Shown in pieces: positions 19,041-28,998 of a DNA stretch of 43,246 bases. Both the position numbers and the translations under genes were made by a program. The stretch's first letter is position 1; every line of letters begins with the position of its first letter. The notes under the pieces are model-generated. The model was not told where the DNA came from and did no database searches. It saw nothing but the letters and a program-made list of their open reading frames with translations. Source of the stretch: Cyanobacteria bacterium J06626_4 (GTDB lineage Bacteria; Cyanobacteriota; Cyanobacteriia; Phormidesmidales; Phormidesmidaceae); the NCBI GenBank assembly GCA_038523235.1, contig JBCBJQ010000046.1:1-43246 (forward strand), given 5' to 3'.

Positions 19041-19619
19041 ATGGCGGTAATGCCAACGCGATGTGGTTGGGTGCATGACGATCCCATCGAGATTGCTTAT
19101 CACGATCACGAATGGGGAGTACCCCAACACGACGATCAAACGCTGTTCGAATTTCTAGTGCTAGAAGGGTTCCAAGCGGGCCTAAGTTGGATCACGATTC
19201 TGCGTAAACGCGATAACTTTCGGGTGGCCTTTGACCAATTTGACCCCGAGTTGGTCGCTCGCTACGACACGGCTAAACATCAAGAACTTCTGAGCAATGC
19301 TGGCATCATCCGCAACCGCCTCAAGGTTGAAGCAACCACTAAAAATGCCCGGGCGTTCCTCAAGGTGCAGGATGAGTTTGGCAGCTTCGACCATTATCTT
19401 TGGAGCTGGGTAGACGGCAGCCCGATCCAGAATCACTGGGAAAACCAAGAGGCCGTCCCCGCTCGCACGGAGCGGTCAGATGCCCTCAGCAAAGATCTCA
19501 AAAAACGCGGGTTCAAATTCGTCGGCTCTGTGATTTGCTACGCCCTCATGCAGGCGATCGGCATGGTCAATGACCACACGGTAGATTGCTTTCGCCACCA
19601 TGAACTGCTCAACCACTAA
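19041..19619 (+). CDS. tag: DNA-3-methyladenine glycosylase I
   Basis: RCGW, YHDHEWG, LEGFQAGLSWITIL, GIIRNRLK, GFKFVG, NDHTVDC. Confidence 0.97.
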   Translation: MAVMPTRCGWVHDDPIEIAYHDHEWGVPQHDDQTLFEFLVLEGFQAGLSWITILRKRDNFRVAFDQFDPELVARYDTAKHQELLSNAGIIRNRLKVEATTKNARAFLKVQDEFGSFDHYLWSWVDGSPIQNHWENQEAVPARTERSDALSKDLKKRGFKFVGSVICYALMQAIGMVNDHTVDCFRHHELLNH

Positions 19620-19725
19620 GGTGCATCCTCCCCTGACAGCTCAAACCTTCGCAGTTAGCGATGACGGCCCCGCCCCAATCCATTCGCTTGAGTCCCGAGC
19701 TCAGTGCCACAAAGCATCGGGCAAT

Positions 19726-21153
19726 TTATGATGACGCCATGGGCAATAGCGCTTGGGTAAAACAGACATAGCAATTGCGCCCCTGGGCTTTGGCCTGATA
19801 CAACGCCGTATCGGCATGAAAGAGGAGTTGGTCGCCGGTAAGGCCGTCCTGTGGATAAATGGCCACCCCGATACTGACACTGATCTGCATTTGATGCGTT
19901 TCTAACTTAAAGGGGGGCGTTAAGGTGTCTAAGATCCGTTGAGCCAGGGCTGCACCATTCTCTTCTTGCATCAAATTGGGTGAAATGAGCACGAATTCGT
20001 CGCCGCCCCACCGGGCAATCAAATCGTTTTGGCGACAACAGGCTTGCAGTCGCTGCACGACATACTTAAGCAGGCGATCGCCTACCTGATGCCCGAGCGT
20101 ATCATTGACTGATTTAAAGTTGTCTAAATCAACAAACAAGAGCGCAAACCGGCTGGCAGAAAGCTGGGCACTCTGCAGTTGCTGATTGAGAGCCTGATCA
20201 AACTGCACCCGGTTAGGGAGACCCGTTAAAGCATCATGCTCGGCCTGGTGCTGCATGATCGCTTCCGCTTGTTTGCGAGCCGTGATGTTTCGCAAGCTCC
20301 AGACCTGACCGTTGAAAACACCCGCCAGCCATTGTGGTTGGCTATAGCATTCGAAAATTTGGTCTCCCTGAGTAGTTTTGAGCGGCAACTCTTGGCTAGC
20401 AGGAGTCGGATAAGAAGTTTGGAGCAACGCCCATAGAGCGGGAATCTGTTGCAATTGCTGCTGGACTAGTGGGATCAGCGGATCGAGAGCGAAGCCAGTT
20501 GCGGCTGAGAGTTCAACAGTATGAGCGGGCTCCGGCAAGCGCTCCTCTGGTGTCGACGTGAGTTCTAGGAGCGTGAGCAATTTTTGGTTGAAGTGAACAA
20601 TGTCGCCCGCCTGATTGAGCACTAAGATACCGTCAGCAGTGGCCTCTAAGGTCGCTTGCAGAGTGGCGAGAGACTGGGCCAGTTGTTGATTGGTTTGCTC
20701 CAAATGAACCTGCTGTTCCCGCAGTTGGTAACGCTGCTGATAACTTCGCAGCGCTTCTTTAACCGTTAATAGAAAATCTGTTTCATCCCAGGGCTTAGCA
20801 ATGTAGCGATAAAGGTTGGCATGGTTCAGGGCATTTTTTACCGCTTCTAAGTGCTGTTCTCCCGTCAGCAAAATCGTCAAGGTTTCGGGTAGTCGCTGAT
20901 GGGCGGCGACCAAAAAGCGATCGCCCGGCATGGTCGGCATGCGTTGATCAGACAAAATCAGGGGTACGGCAATCTGCTCACTCTGCAGTTCGGCTAATAA
21001 AACCAGGGCTTCGGCGCTACTGTCCATCAGCTCAACGTCATAGTCTGCCCCAAACTGTCGCTGTAGCTGTTCCCCTAAGCTGGCTAAAATCATGGGGTCA
21101 TCATCGACACAGAGGATGACCGGTTTGTGTATGGGTAGCTCATCGCAGGCCAT
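19726..21153 (-). CDS. REC-(PAS-like)-GGDEF diguanylate cyclase response regulator
   Basis: CVDDD/SDQRMP/KPW receiver; HDALTGLPNR, DLDNFKSVND, RQND I-site and intact GGDEF; no EAL domain. Confidence 0.93.
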   Translation of the reverse strand: MACDELPIHKPVILCVDDDPMILASLGEQLQRQFGADYDVELMDSSAEALVLLAELQSEQIAVPLILSDQRMPTMPGDRFLVAAHQRLPETLTILLTGEQHLEAVKNALNHANLYRYIAKPWDETDFLLTVKEALRSYQQRYQLREQQVHLEQTNQQLAQSLATLQATLEATADGILVLNQAGDIVHFNQKLLTLLELTSTPEERLPEPAHTVELSAATGFALDPLIPLVQQQLQQIPALWALLQTSYPTPASQELPLKTTQGDQIFECYSQPQWLAGVFNGQVWSLRNITARKQAEAIMQHQAEHDALTGLPNRVQFDQALNQQLQSAQLSASRFALLFVDLDNFKSVNDTLGHQVGDRLLKYVVQRLQACCRQNDLIARWGGDEFVLISPNLMQEENGAALAQRILDTLTPPFKLETHQMQISVSIGVAIYPQDGLTGDQLLFHADTALYQAKAQGRNCYVCFTQALLPMASS

Positions 21154-21538
21154 GGGAAATCATCTCCACGAGTTCTGCTTCTTGCCAAGGTTTGCGCAGA
21201 CAGGCGTGGAGCCCAGCTTGTTGTTTAGAGCGTTCGATCGCCGCTTCGTCGGCCTGGCCCGTCAACAAAATAGTCATAATGTGGGGGAATTTTTGATGAA
21301 CTTGAATCAAAAACTCATCCCCTTTCATGCCTGGCATGAGCCAATCAGAAACGACCACTAAGAGTCGGATACCAGCCTCATAAAGTTCATCAATAATTTC
21401 CCAAGCTTCCGTCGCATTTTCTGCCATCTCATAGATATATTGCTCGCCAAAGCTGCGCTGCAATTGCTCTTTGAGCGTCTCTAAAATCATGATTTCGTCA
21501 TCAACACAAAGAAAGGCAGAATTACAATCCATGATCAT
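21140..21538 (-). CDS. Single-domain response regulator
   Basis: CVDDE, SDWLMP, LTG, KPW; its stop overlaps the start of the DGC gene. Confidence 0.92.
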   Translation of the reverse strand: MIMDCNSAFLCVDDEIMILETLKEQLQRSFGEQYIYEMAENATEAWEIIDELYEAGIRLLVVVSDWLMPGMKGDEFLIQVHQKFPHIMTILLTGQADEAAIERSKQQAGLHACLRKPWQEAELVEMISHGLR

Positions 21539-21721
21539 TGGGAGCAAGGTTAACAAAGATGATTTTTCAAGTATTCAATTCAACAGCTTCGTCAGGAACG
21601 ATATGAGTGCTAATACAATGGTTTAACGAGGAGAGAAGAGCGCAGAAGCAACAGAGAAATCTCTTTAGAGTACTCGCACTCTGTTGTTCAACGGAAGACT
21701 AATCAGGGAGTAAAAAACAAT

Positions 21722-23530
21722 TTAAGTAGGAAATGAAATCGGCAGTTTAACGGTGAAGACTGTTTTTCCAGGTTGACTGGCCACTTGAATATCCCCCTGA
21801 TGTTTCTCGATAATATTTCGGACAATATGCAAGCCTAAACCACTGCCTTCTCCCTGAGGCTTGGTGGTGAAGAAGGGCTCAAAAATGCGATCGCGCACTG
21901 CTGGGTCAATACCATGACCAGTATCACTAATCTGGACAATGACCTGATCGGCTGCTGCTTGGGTTGATAGCGTTAAGGTGCCGGTATCAGCCATGGCGTG
22001 AATGGCATTGTAAATCAGGTTAGTCCAAACCTGAATCAGCTCGTCAGGATAGCCTTGAATCTCTGGGAGAGAGCCATAATTAGTGACAATTTCAATACCT
22101 CGTTTGAGCTGATTATGATAGAGGGAAAGGACGGTTTCAATACCGTCTGAAACATGGACTACGGTGGGTTCTTTATTATGGTCAACCCGAGCATAGTTTT
22201 TGAGGGAAAAAACAATTTTACTGGCGCGTTCAACCGCATTTTGAATGGTCTTTCGATTGCCATGTAAACGGTTGAGATTATAGGCCAGCTGTAAGCTCCA
22301 CTCTCGATTGTCGTCCTGCAAAATTGGTAAAAAACGATCGATGGAATCATAGGCCCCTAGATCGAGCAGGCGATCGGCTAATTGACGCGGCGACGGAATA
22401 TTGGCCGACTCTAATTGGCTCTGAAGTTGCTTTCGTAACGGTCGTTTTTCGCGAGAGGACAGCAGCGGCTTATGATGCAGCGTATGATCTAACAAGTCAA
22501 ATAGGTCCTGTTGCTGCGCTAAGGTTAATCGCGAAGATAATTCAGGAAGTTGAGTCATCACCGTGGCTAAGGCTTTTTCGAGATTGCCGGAAGCCGCTTG
22601 AATCGCGCCGAGCGGAGTGTTGATCTCATGGGCAATGCCAGCAATCAAGTTGCCTAATGCGGCCATTTTTTCAGCCTGAATCAGCTCTTGCTGGGTTGTC
22701 TGCAGTTGAGCTAAGAGATCGATTAAAGTCTTATTTTTTTCCTCTAGTTCTTGCGTGCGCTCTTGAACTCGCTGCTCTAATTGATCGCGTTCATGACGTA
22801 GGGCCACTTCTCGTTCCTGAGCAAGCAGTTGCTCTATCGCCGCCAGTTCAGATTTACGCCGCGCCTGCTCTAGCCTTTGCACCACGATACTGACACAGAG
22901 GGCGGCTAATACGAGAGACAGCATTGTGCCAATATCGGCCTCTCGATTCGCAATTTTGGCCTGCTGAATCGCGCTGCTGCCCCCCCTTTGAAGCATCTCT
23001 GCGATGCGCGCAAATTCGGGGTCAACAATGCCATCGTCAATTTCCTCTGCAGCCTCCAGGTCGCCCGCTTGCAGAAACCTAATTTCTTGCCTGAGTGCTT
23101 GGCCATATCGTTCAGAGGAGGCTTGCAGTTGGGCCAATTGCTGGGCGTCAAAGCTGCTTTGCGACAGATTGTCCCAAAGCTGGTTCAGGTTTTGATCGAT
23201 CGCTTCGATTTCCTGCAGATCTTCAGGCACCGAACCATGGCGTATCGCATTTTCTTCGATACCGTCAAGCTGAGCCATGAGTTGCTCAGCGCGGCTGAGA
23301 GTCAGGGTAATTGTGACCGCGTTTTCGGCATGGCGACGGAAGCTGAAAATCACGGCGGCCGCAACAGCAGTGAAGGCAACCGTTGAGACTGGCACTAGCC
23401 AACGGCGATCGCGGAAATTGACAGCAGGCATGGCAGGGCAACCGGGGTTTAAGTCCCTTTGCTCAACGGGTATAGACGTTTCAAGAGTTCCCAATTCGGG
23501 TATGCGCCACTCACCATCGTCATCAATCAT
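21722..23530 (-). CDS. Membrane sensor histidine kinase
   Basis: Two TM segments around a helical extracellular domain; H-box AHEINTPL, N-box NLIYNA, DTGHGI, FEPFFTTK, GSGLGL. Start may be 23431. Confidence 0.93.
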   Translation of the reverse strand: MIDDDGEWRIPELGTLETSIPVEQRDLNPGCPAMPAVNFRDRRWLVPVSTVAFTAVAAAVIFSFRRHAENAVTITLTLSRAEQLMAQLDGIEENAIRHGSVPEDLQEIEAIDQNLNQLWDNLSQSSFDAQQLAQLQASSERYGQALRQEIRFLQAGDLEAAEEIDDGIVDPEFARIAEMLQRGGSSAIQQAKIANREADIGTMLSLVLAALCVSIVVQRLEQARRKSELAAIEQLLAQEREVALRHERDQLEQRVQERTQELEEKNKTLIDLLAQLQTTQQELIQAEKMAALGNLIAGIAHEINTPLGAIQAASGNLEKALATVMTQLPELSSRLTLAQQQDLFDLLDHTLHHKPLLSSREKRPLRKQLQSQLESANIPSPRQLADRLLDLGAYDSIDRFLPILQDDNREWSLQLAYNLNRLHGNRKTIQNAVERASKIVFSLKNYARVDHNKEPTVVHVSDGIETVLSLYHNQLKRGIEIVTNYGSLPEIQGYPDELIQVWTNLIYNAIHAMADTGTLTLSTQAAADQVIVQISDTGHGIDPAVRDRIFEPFFTTKPQGEGSGLGLHIVRNIIEKHQGDIQVASQPGKTVFTVKLPISFPT

Positions 23531-23737
23531 GACGCGGCTCAGAGTTGGCTGAGGTCAGTTTGCCGCGCTCATAACACCGCTCATCAAGTCGACCAAGTGA
23601 TCAGATCAGCAGGTTTTAGGGTCATTTTGTGGGGAACTGGGTGAACTGTTTGATCTCAACCAGCCCCCCGTTAACACCGCTGATCAAGCTGAGATAGCGG
23701 TGTTATGCTTTGTGTGCAATTGCGATCGCCCCTTGCT

Positions 23738-24409
23738 ATGAAACGCCTCTGGACTCTTTCAGTGCTGGCTCCCTTAGGTTTGCTCATTCTCGGTGCCGCT
23801 GGCTGCGGTCGAGTGTCACGCTTCCTAAACGGTTCGGCTGATGAGCCCGCACCGGTCGTCGTTGACAGTCAAGCAACCGCAGAGGGTCAAGCAAGCGAGG
23901 TTGAAGAGCCTGACGCTCAAGCAGCGGCTGAAGCCCAGGAATTGAGAACGGTGGGCGAGAGTCAGATTTTGTCGAATGCTCTCGCCGATATCGAAATCAC
24001 CTTGTCGGATAGCTGGGCAAGAGCTGAACTACATGATTCGGCTGAGCTAGAAGCCGCTGATCTCGAACGACAGCTTTATTTGGTGGTCGTTGCTGAGCAA
24101 GATGCAACGCTATCAACATTAGCCCTCGAAGAGATCGCCACCAGGTACCGAGCATTATTAAGAGACCAGATGGCCGCTTACGAGAGCGAATCGCCGACCA
24201 ATATTGACTTTATCGGCGACGACTATGCTGAGCAGTATGAAGTCAGAGGCCGGGTTAATAACGACACCCCTGTGGTGTACCTGCATACAACGGTGCTGTC
24301 TCAAGGAACGTACTACCAAGTTGTCGCCTGGACTACCCCCGAGCAGTACGAGGCCTATCGTTCGGAACTGCAGGAAATCACTGCCACGTTTCGGAATCCT
24401 GAATCTTGA
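23738..24409 (+). CDS. Putative lipoprotein
   Basis: MKR, hydrophobic stretch, lipobox-like AAGC; acidic mature domain. Confidence 0.7.
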   Translation: MKRLWTLSVLAPLGLLILGAAGCGRVSRFLNGSADEPAPVVVDSQATAEGQASEVEEPDAQAAAEAQELRTVGESQILSNALADIEITLSDSWARAELHDSAELEAADLERQLYLVVVAEQDATLSTLALEEIATRYRALLRDQMAAYESESPTNIDFIGDDYAEQYEVRGRVNNDTPVVYLHTTVLSQGTYYQVVAWTTPEQYEAYRSELQEITATFRNPES

Positions 24410-24665
24410 CCCGGCCATTGCGATCGGGGGTCAAGGATATAGCGAGCCGCAGGCAGGTTTGGACACTTTTAATCGCCGGATCGCTGGCGGCAAATCCCTT
24501 CCCGACACCTTGAACCCTCCACCTTTCTCCCCTCTGCCATACCTAGCGGCTCGCCCATAGTGCTAGAGAGATCTGGACTCTGCATTCAACGGCTACCCAC
24601 ACCTATTTCTGGCCTCGGATAATTCCTATGCAAATTCGTCCTCGCAATATGGCCTAATAGAAAGG

Positions 24666-25262
24666 ATGAAAACACTCTTTGAAAACGTATCCACAATGGC
24701 AAGGCGACTTTTATCAGGGCGACGGTGTTTAGTGATGGGGCTAGTAATAGCACTTTGCTGGCTGGTAAATCCGCTCAGCGCCTGGGCCGGGCTAGAAGAC
24801 GATCGCTACGATGGCAATATTTTTGCCCTCTATGCCGGCAACGGCTCGCTCGTGCCACCCAAGGTGACTTTGACCCAGTCGCTCAAGCAAGAGAAACCGG
24901 CCTTGTTAGTGTTCTACGTTGATGACAGCTCTGACTGCAAACGCTTTACATCTGTTGTTTCGCAACTGCAGGAGCCCTACGGACGAGCGGCTAACTTTAT
25001 CCCGGTCATGGCCGACTCGATTCCCCTAAAAGACACTTTTGAGCCCACCGAAGCCGGTTATTACTTCGACGGCGCGGTGCCTCAAACTCTGGTGTTTGAC
25101 CAGGCGGGTGAGGTGCGTCTGAACGAGACCGGTTTTGTCAGCTACGAGGCGATCGATGACGTCATGCGCGAAGTCTTTGACCTGTTGCCCCGTACAGAAT
25201 CAGTAGAACTCAAACGTCGCCCGATTAATGAGGTGAATAGTGAGTTGGTCGAGGAGTCTTGA
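24666..25262 (+). CDS. Thioredoxin-like thylakoid membrane photosystem I accumulation factor
   Basis: DDRYDGNIFALYAGNGSLVPP, FYVDDSSDCK, VPQT, REVFDLLPR, recognised as a conserved cyanobacterial family. Confidence 0.8.
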   Translation: MKTLFENVSTMARRLLSGRRCLVMGLVIALCWLVNPLSAWAGLEDDRYDGNIFALYAGNGSLVPPKVTLTQSLKQEKPALLVFYVDDSSDCKRFTSVVSQLQEPYGRAANFIPVMADSIPLKDTFEPTEAGYYFDGAVPQTLVFDQAGEVRLNETGFVSYEAIDDVMREVFDLLPRTESVELKRRPINEVNSELVEES

Positions 25263-25270
25263 GACTGAGT

Positions 25271-25392
25271 ATCCTTCGGGCAGGGCACTAGAAGTACAGC
25301 GGCGGCTCGGAGAGTAGCCCTACGGAGTAAGAAGTGCGGAATGCGGAATTCCCAATTCGCGTAGGTTGGGTGAAATGAAATGAAACCCAGCA
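25271..25392. repeat. Cluster of small dispersed repeats: SDR-like element, GCGGAAT heptamers and a GTAG-type REP-like hairpin
   Basis: ATCCTTCGGGCAGGGCA...AGCCCTAC (25271-25323), GCGGAATGCGGAAT, GTAGGTTGGGTGAAATGAAATGAAACCCAGC. Confidence 0.6.
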
Positions 25393-25613
25393 CCAGCAAG
25401 GCTCTCGTAGGGTGACGCTAGCGCTCGCCCAGCCGACAAAGCCAAACCTCACAAACTACTAATGCAGCGCCAAGTTTGAACTTGTGCGTCCTCAAAATTG
25501 CAGAGCAGGTGTCTTGTTTGGACGGGTATCTTGCCCGTTTGCCCGACAGGAATCAATCCGGATTGCCATCGTTCTGAAAGTCAACAACCCACAAATTGAG
25601 AACTGACAGACCG

Positions 25614-26696
25614 CTAGGACTGATCTTCTCGATCCGCATTCCGGGTGCGAATATCCTTAGCCTTATTTTGCAGGGTTTTAAAGTAGTCGGTTTCGACGAT
25701 TTCGCTGACGTCTTTAGCTTTGCGGGTCTGGTTGATTTCGATTTTGAGTTCCCGAATTTGCTGCTGCAGGCGCTGCTGGCGAGCGATCACCTCATTCAGC
25801 ATTTTTTGAAAGACTTGCCCCAGCTGACCTAGCTCATCTCGGCGGTTCACCACGTTGGCGAGCTTTCGCGTTTCGGCAGTGTCGAGATCCTGGGCCGTTT
25901 GCAGGTCGTTAGCCGCGAGTTTCTCAGAGAGTTTGGCCAAACTCTGTACAGGCTGCACGACCAAGGGGTTGAGTAGCGTATTGAGGCAGACTAGGGCGAT
26001 CGCGAAGATGCCAAACAGCAGCCCCATCACGGAAGAGAAAGCCTGCCGTGCGCTGAGAAAAACATCATCAGCCGGAATATATACCACCTGGGTGCCGATC
26101 ACCTCGTTGAGCGGCCAGTTAAAACCGTTTTCGCGACCGTATTGAGCGAGCATCGCTGGGGGAGCAGCTTCTGGCGTACTGTGACATTCTAGACAAGAGG
26201 CATTTTTGATAATGATGGGCAAAGCACTGTAAAAAACTGAACCTTGACCCGGCAGTTCGCGGTAGCCCGATAATTCTTCGACAGTAGAATCCGCGCGAAA
26301 ATCTGCCACCAAAACCGCTTCAAAGTCATCGACTAAATCATTGGGGTTGGTCGGGTTCAACACCGCTTCTTTATAGCTATAGTCAAATGCCCCCTCGCTG
26401 CGAGCCATTTCGGAAAGAAGCTCAAACACACGCCGCGACGAGTAAGCCGGAATGGTCTCTGGCCAAAAGATATCGGCACGTTCATGGGCCTCTAAGATGG
26501 GCCGCACCTGCTGGTCGGTATAGCGCCGGACGGCCCGCATTGATTCCATCAGCATGACGCCCTCAGCATTGACCTGCCGTTCCACCTGATACTGCAGGGT
26601 CTTAGAGAGCACGAGCCCCCCCACTGAACTGCCAAGAATAAAGACGAATAGCAGAATCAGCGTAAATTTGGGGGCGAGTTTAAGCCGACTTAGCAT
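25614..26696 (-). CDS. c-type heme (DUF3365/Tll0287-like) sensor domain, HAMP and short C-terminal tail
   Basis: TM, YKEAVLNPTNP, CLECH (CxxCH), TM, HAMP (RDELGQLGQVFQKM), coiled coil. Start placed at MLSRL (26696). Confidence 0.85.
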   Translation of the reverse strand: MLSRLKLAPKFTLILLFVFILGSSVGGLVLSKTLQYQVERQVNAEGVMLMESMRAVRRYTDQQVRPILEAHERADIFWPETIPAYSSRRVFELLSEMARSEGAFDYSYKEAVLNPTNPNDLVDDFEAVLVADFRADSTVEELSGYRELPGQGSVFYSALPIIIKNASCLECHSTPEAAPPAMLAQYGRENGFNWPLNEVIGTQVVYIPADDVFLSARQAFSSVMGLLFGIFAIALVCLNTLLNPLVVQPVQSLAKLSEKLAANDLQTAQDLDTAETRKLANVVNRRDELGQLGQVFQKMLNEVIARQQRLQQQIRELKIEINQTRKAKDVSEIVETDYFKTLQNKAKDIRTRNADREDQS

Positions 26697-27134
26697 GGCG
26701 AAGGTCTGGGAAATTAAAGAGTTAAGAAGCAGGTAGGTAAATGCGTCTGCTTTTGATCCACAGACTTGCTTAGGGCGATCGCGGATATTGCGGTTTCTGA
26801 CCACAAATTCACTATTTTGCGTCCTAACCGCTGCGATACCGTAGTGACTGGCCTGACCGAAAATGTGGGTTACTGGGTAGTGTACCCAGGCTCGTAGCTG
26901 GGGTTCGCCGCTAGAGACACGCGCCCATCGAGCCCTAAGGGCATGACCAACGCTAGGACGAAACCAGTCTCAACAACAAGCACGCCCCCATATCTAGCCT
27001 AAAGGGTTTGATATGGGATTGGCCTGAGTATGGAATAAGAAACTGCGATCAGCGCGAACATAGCTTTACTCTTTTCTCCCGCCCTAACTTTAATCAGGGG
27101 CTCTCGTTAATAGTCGCCTGAGCGATCGCGGTAT

Positions 27135-28025
27135 CTAGAGGGCAGAGCCTTGCTTTTGATCATGCTGCAGTTTCCGCATGGCTTGCTTGGCTCGTTTTTC
27201 TGGAGTTAGCCCTGCGTAGCAGTGGGGACAAGCGATACCCGGTTCATAATGGGCGTCGGCTTTATCAGCCTCGCTAATGGGGTTACCACAGGCATAACAC
27301 AGGTCATAGCTGCCGGGCTGCAGCCCTTGCCCCACCGCCACCCGTTCATCAAAGACAAAGCATTCCCCTTGCCAGAGGCTATCGGGTTCGTCAACTTCTG
27401 CTAGGTAATTGAGAATGCCCCCCTGCAGGTGGTAGACCGCTTCAAATCCTTGTTTCAACAGATAGGCGGTGGCTTTTTCACAGCGAATGCCACCGGTGCA
27501 AAACATCGCTACCTTTTTATGGCGCTGAGGGTTGAGATGGGTCGTCAAATAATCTGGCAGCTGCTTAAACGACTCAGTTTGCGGATTGATTGCCCCCTTA
27601 AACGTGCCAATGTTGACCTCGTAATCGTTGCGTGCATCGACCACCACAACGTCAGGGTCAGTAATCACGTGGTTCCAATCGGTGGGGCTGACATAGGTGC
27701 CGACTTGCTCACTGGGCTTCGCGTCGGGTTGCCCGAGGGTGACGATCTCGCGTTTAATTTTGACTTTCATACGGCCAAAGGGGGGCGCTTGGGCGATCGC
27801 CCATTTGGGTGACAGATTGGTAAAGCGATTGTCGGTGGCTAACCAATCCAACAGCTGTCGCACGTCATCGTGATGACCTGCAACGGTGGCATTGAGCCCC
27901 TCTGTCGCCAGCAAAATCGTGCCCTGCAGGTTGAGGGCCTCGCAGAGCGATTGCAGCGATCGCTGCAGGGCCGCACAGTCTTCAACGGTGACAAATTTGT
28001 AGAAGGTGGCAACAGCAACAGACAT
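27135..28025 (-). CDS. trhO: Rhodanese-domain tRNA uridine(34) hydroxylase TrhO
   Basis: FYKF, GTILLATEGLN, KVKIKREIV, DARNDYE, MFCTGGIRCEKA, GECFVFDER. Real start is probably MSVAV (28025). Confidence 0.9.
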   Translation of the reverse strand: MSVAVATFYKFVTVEDCAALQRSLQSLCEALNLQGTILLATEGLNATVAGHHDDVRQLLDWLATDNRFTNLSPKWAIAQAPPFGRMKVKIKREIVTLGQPDAKPSEQVGTYVSPTDWNHVITDPDVVVVDARNDYEVNIGTFKGAINPQTESFKQLPDYLTTHLNPQRHKKVAMFCTGGIRCEKATAYLLKQGFEAVYHLQGGILNYLAEVDEPDSLWQGECFVFDERVAVGQGLQPGSYDLCYACGNPISEADKADAHYEPGIACPHCYAGLTPEKRAKQAMRKLQHDQKQGSAL

Positions 28026-28077
28026 GCAATCAGGGCGGGCCAATACCCAAAACATTTTAATAACGACCGCTTTTATT

Positions 28078-28998
28078 CTATAAGCGATAGTGGCGATGGA
28101 CGGCGACCGCCGCGCGATGTAACAGCGAGTGGCGATAGACCAGATCGGCCATGTCTTTGTCATAGCCGCCGCCAATGACGCAGCCCACCGGACAGCCCGC
28201 CGCGGCGCAGGTGGCCAGCACGAAGTGATCGCGCTCATACAACCCTGTATTCGTCAGGGCGAGCTTGCCGAGGCGATCGCGCTGGTGAATGTCAGCGCCC
28301 GCATCGTATAGCACCAAATCGGGTTTGACCTGACTCAGCAAGTCGGGCAGATAGGCCTGCACCTGCTGTAAATAGGCGGCGTCTCCCATACCCGCCGCCA
28401 GGGGAACATCCAGATCGCTAATCTGCTTTTGCCGAGGAAAGTTCACCTCGCAATGCATCGAAAACGTAAAAATTCTGGGCTCGTCCCGAAAGATCCACGC
28501 CGTACCGTCGCCCTGGTGCACGTCCAAGTCAAAAATCAACAGTCGCTGTACCCAGCCCTGGGCCAAGAGCAGCCGCGCCGCGATCGCCAAATCATTAAAA
28601 ATGCAAAATCCTGAGCCATAGGCTGGAAAGGCGTGGTGGGTGCCCCCAGCAGTATTACAGGCAATACCGTGCTGCAGCGCCAGCTTCGCCGTGAGAATGG
28701 TACCCCCAACTGCGGTGCAGGTGCGTTTAACTAGGTTGGGGCTCCAGGGTAAGCCGATGCGCCGCTGGGCTTTGGCATCGAGGGTGCCAGTGCAATAGGC
28801 CTGCACGTATTCGGGCTGGTGTACCTGCTCAATCCACGACTGCGGCGGCGCACCAGGCTGATAAATCTGGTCGGCAGTCACGACGCCATCTTGCAATAAG
28901 CGATCGCGCAACAGGCCAAACTTTGGCATCGGGAAGCGATGTTTCAGCGGCAGCGGCGCGACATAGTCAGGATGGTAAACAATCGGGGGACCAGACAA
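28078..28998 (-). CDS. Histone deacetylase family (Zn-dependent deacylase)
   Basis: HRFPMPKF, GGTHHA, GSGFCIFND, DLDVHQGDGT, AGADIH, IGGGY. Confidence 0.95.
   Translation of the reverse strand: MSGPPIVYHPDYVAPLPLKHRFPMPKFGLLRDRLLQDGVVTADQIYQPGAPPQSWIEQVHQPEYVQAYCTGTLDAKAQRRIGLPWSPNLVKRTCTAVGGTILTAKLALQHGIACNTAGGTHHAFPAYGSGFCIFNDLAIAARLLLAQGWVQRLLIFDLDVHQGDGTAWIFRDEPRIFTFSMHCEVNFPRQKQISDLDVPLAAGMGDAAYLQQVQAYLPDLLSQVKPDLVLYDAGADIHQRDRLGKLALTNTGLYERDHFVLATCAAAGCPVGCVIGGGYDKDMADLVYRHSLLHRAAVAVHRHYRL

Noticed and set aside
28026..28238. N-terminal extension of the 367-aa rhodanese ORF
   Set aside because: It overlaps the HDAC gene; TrhO similarity begins at MSVAVATFYKF (28025).
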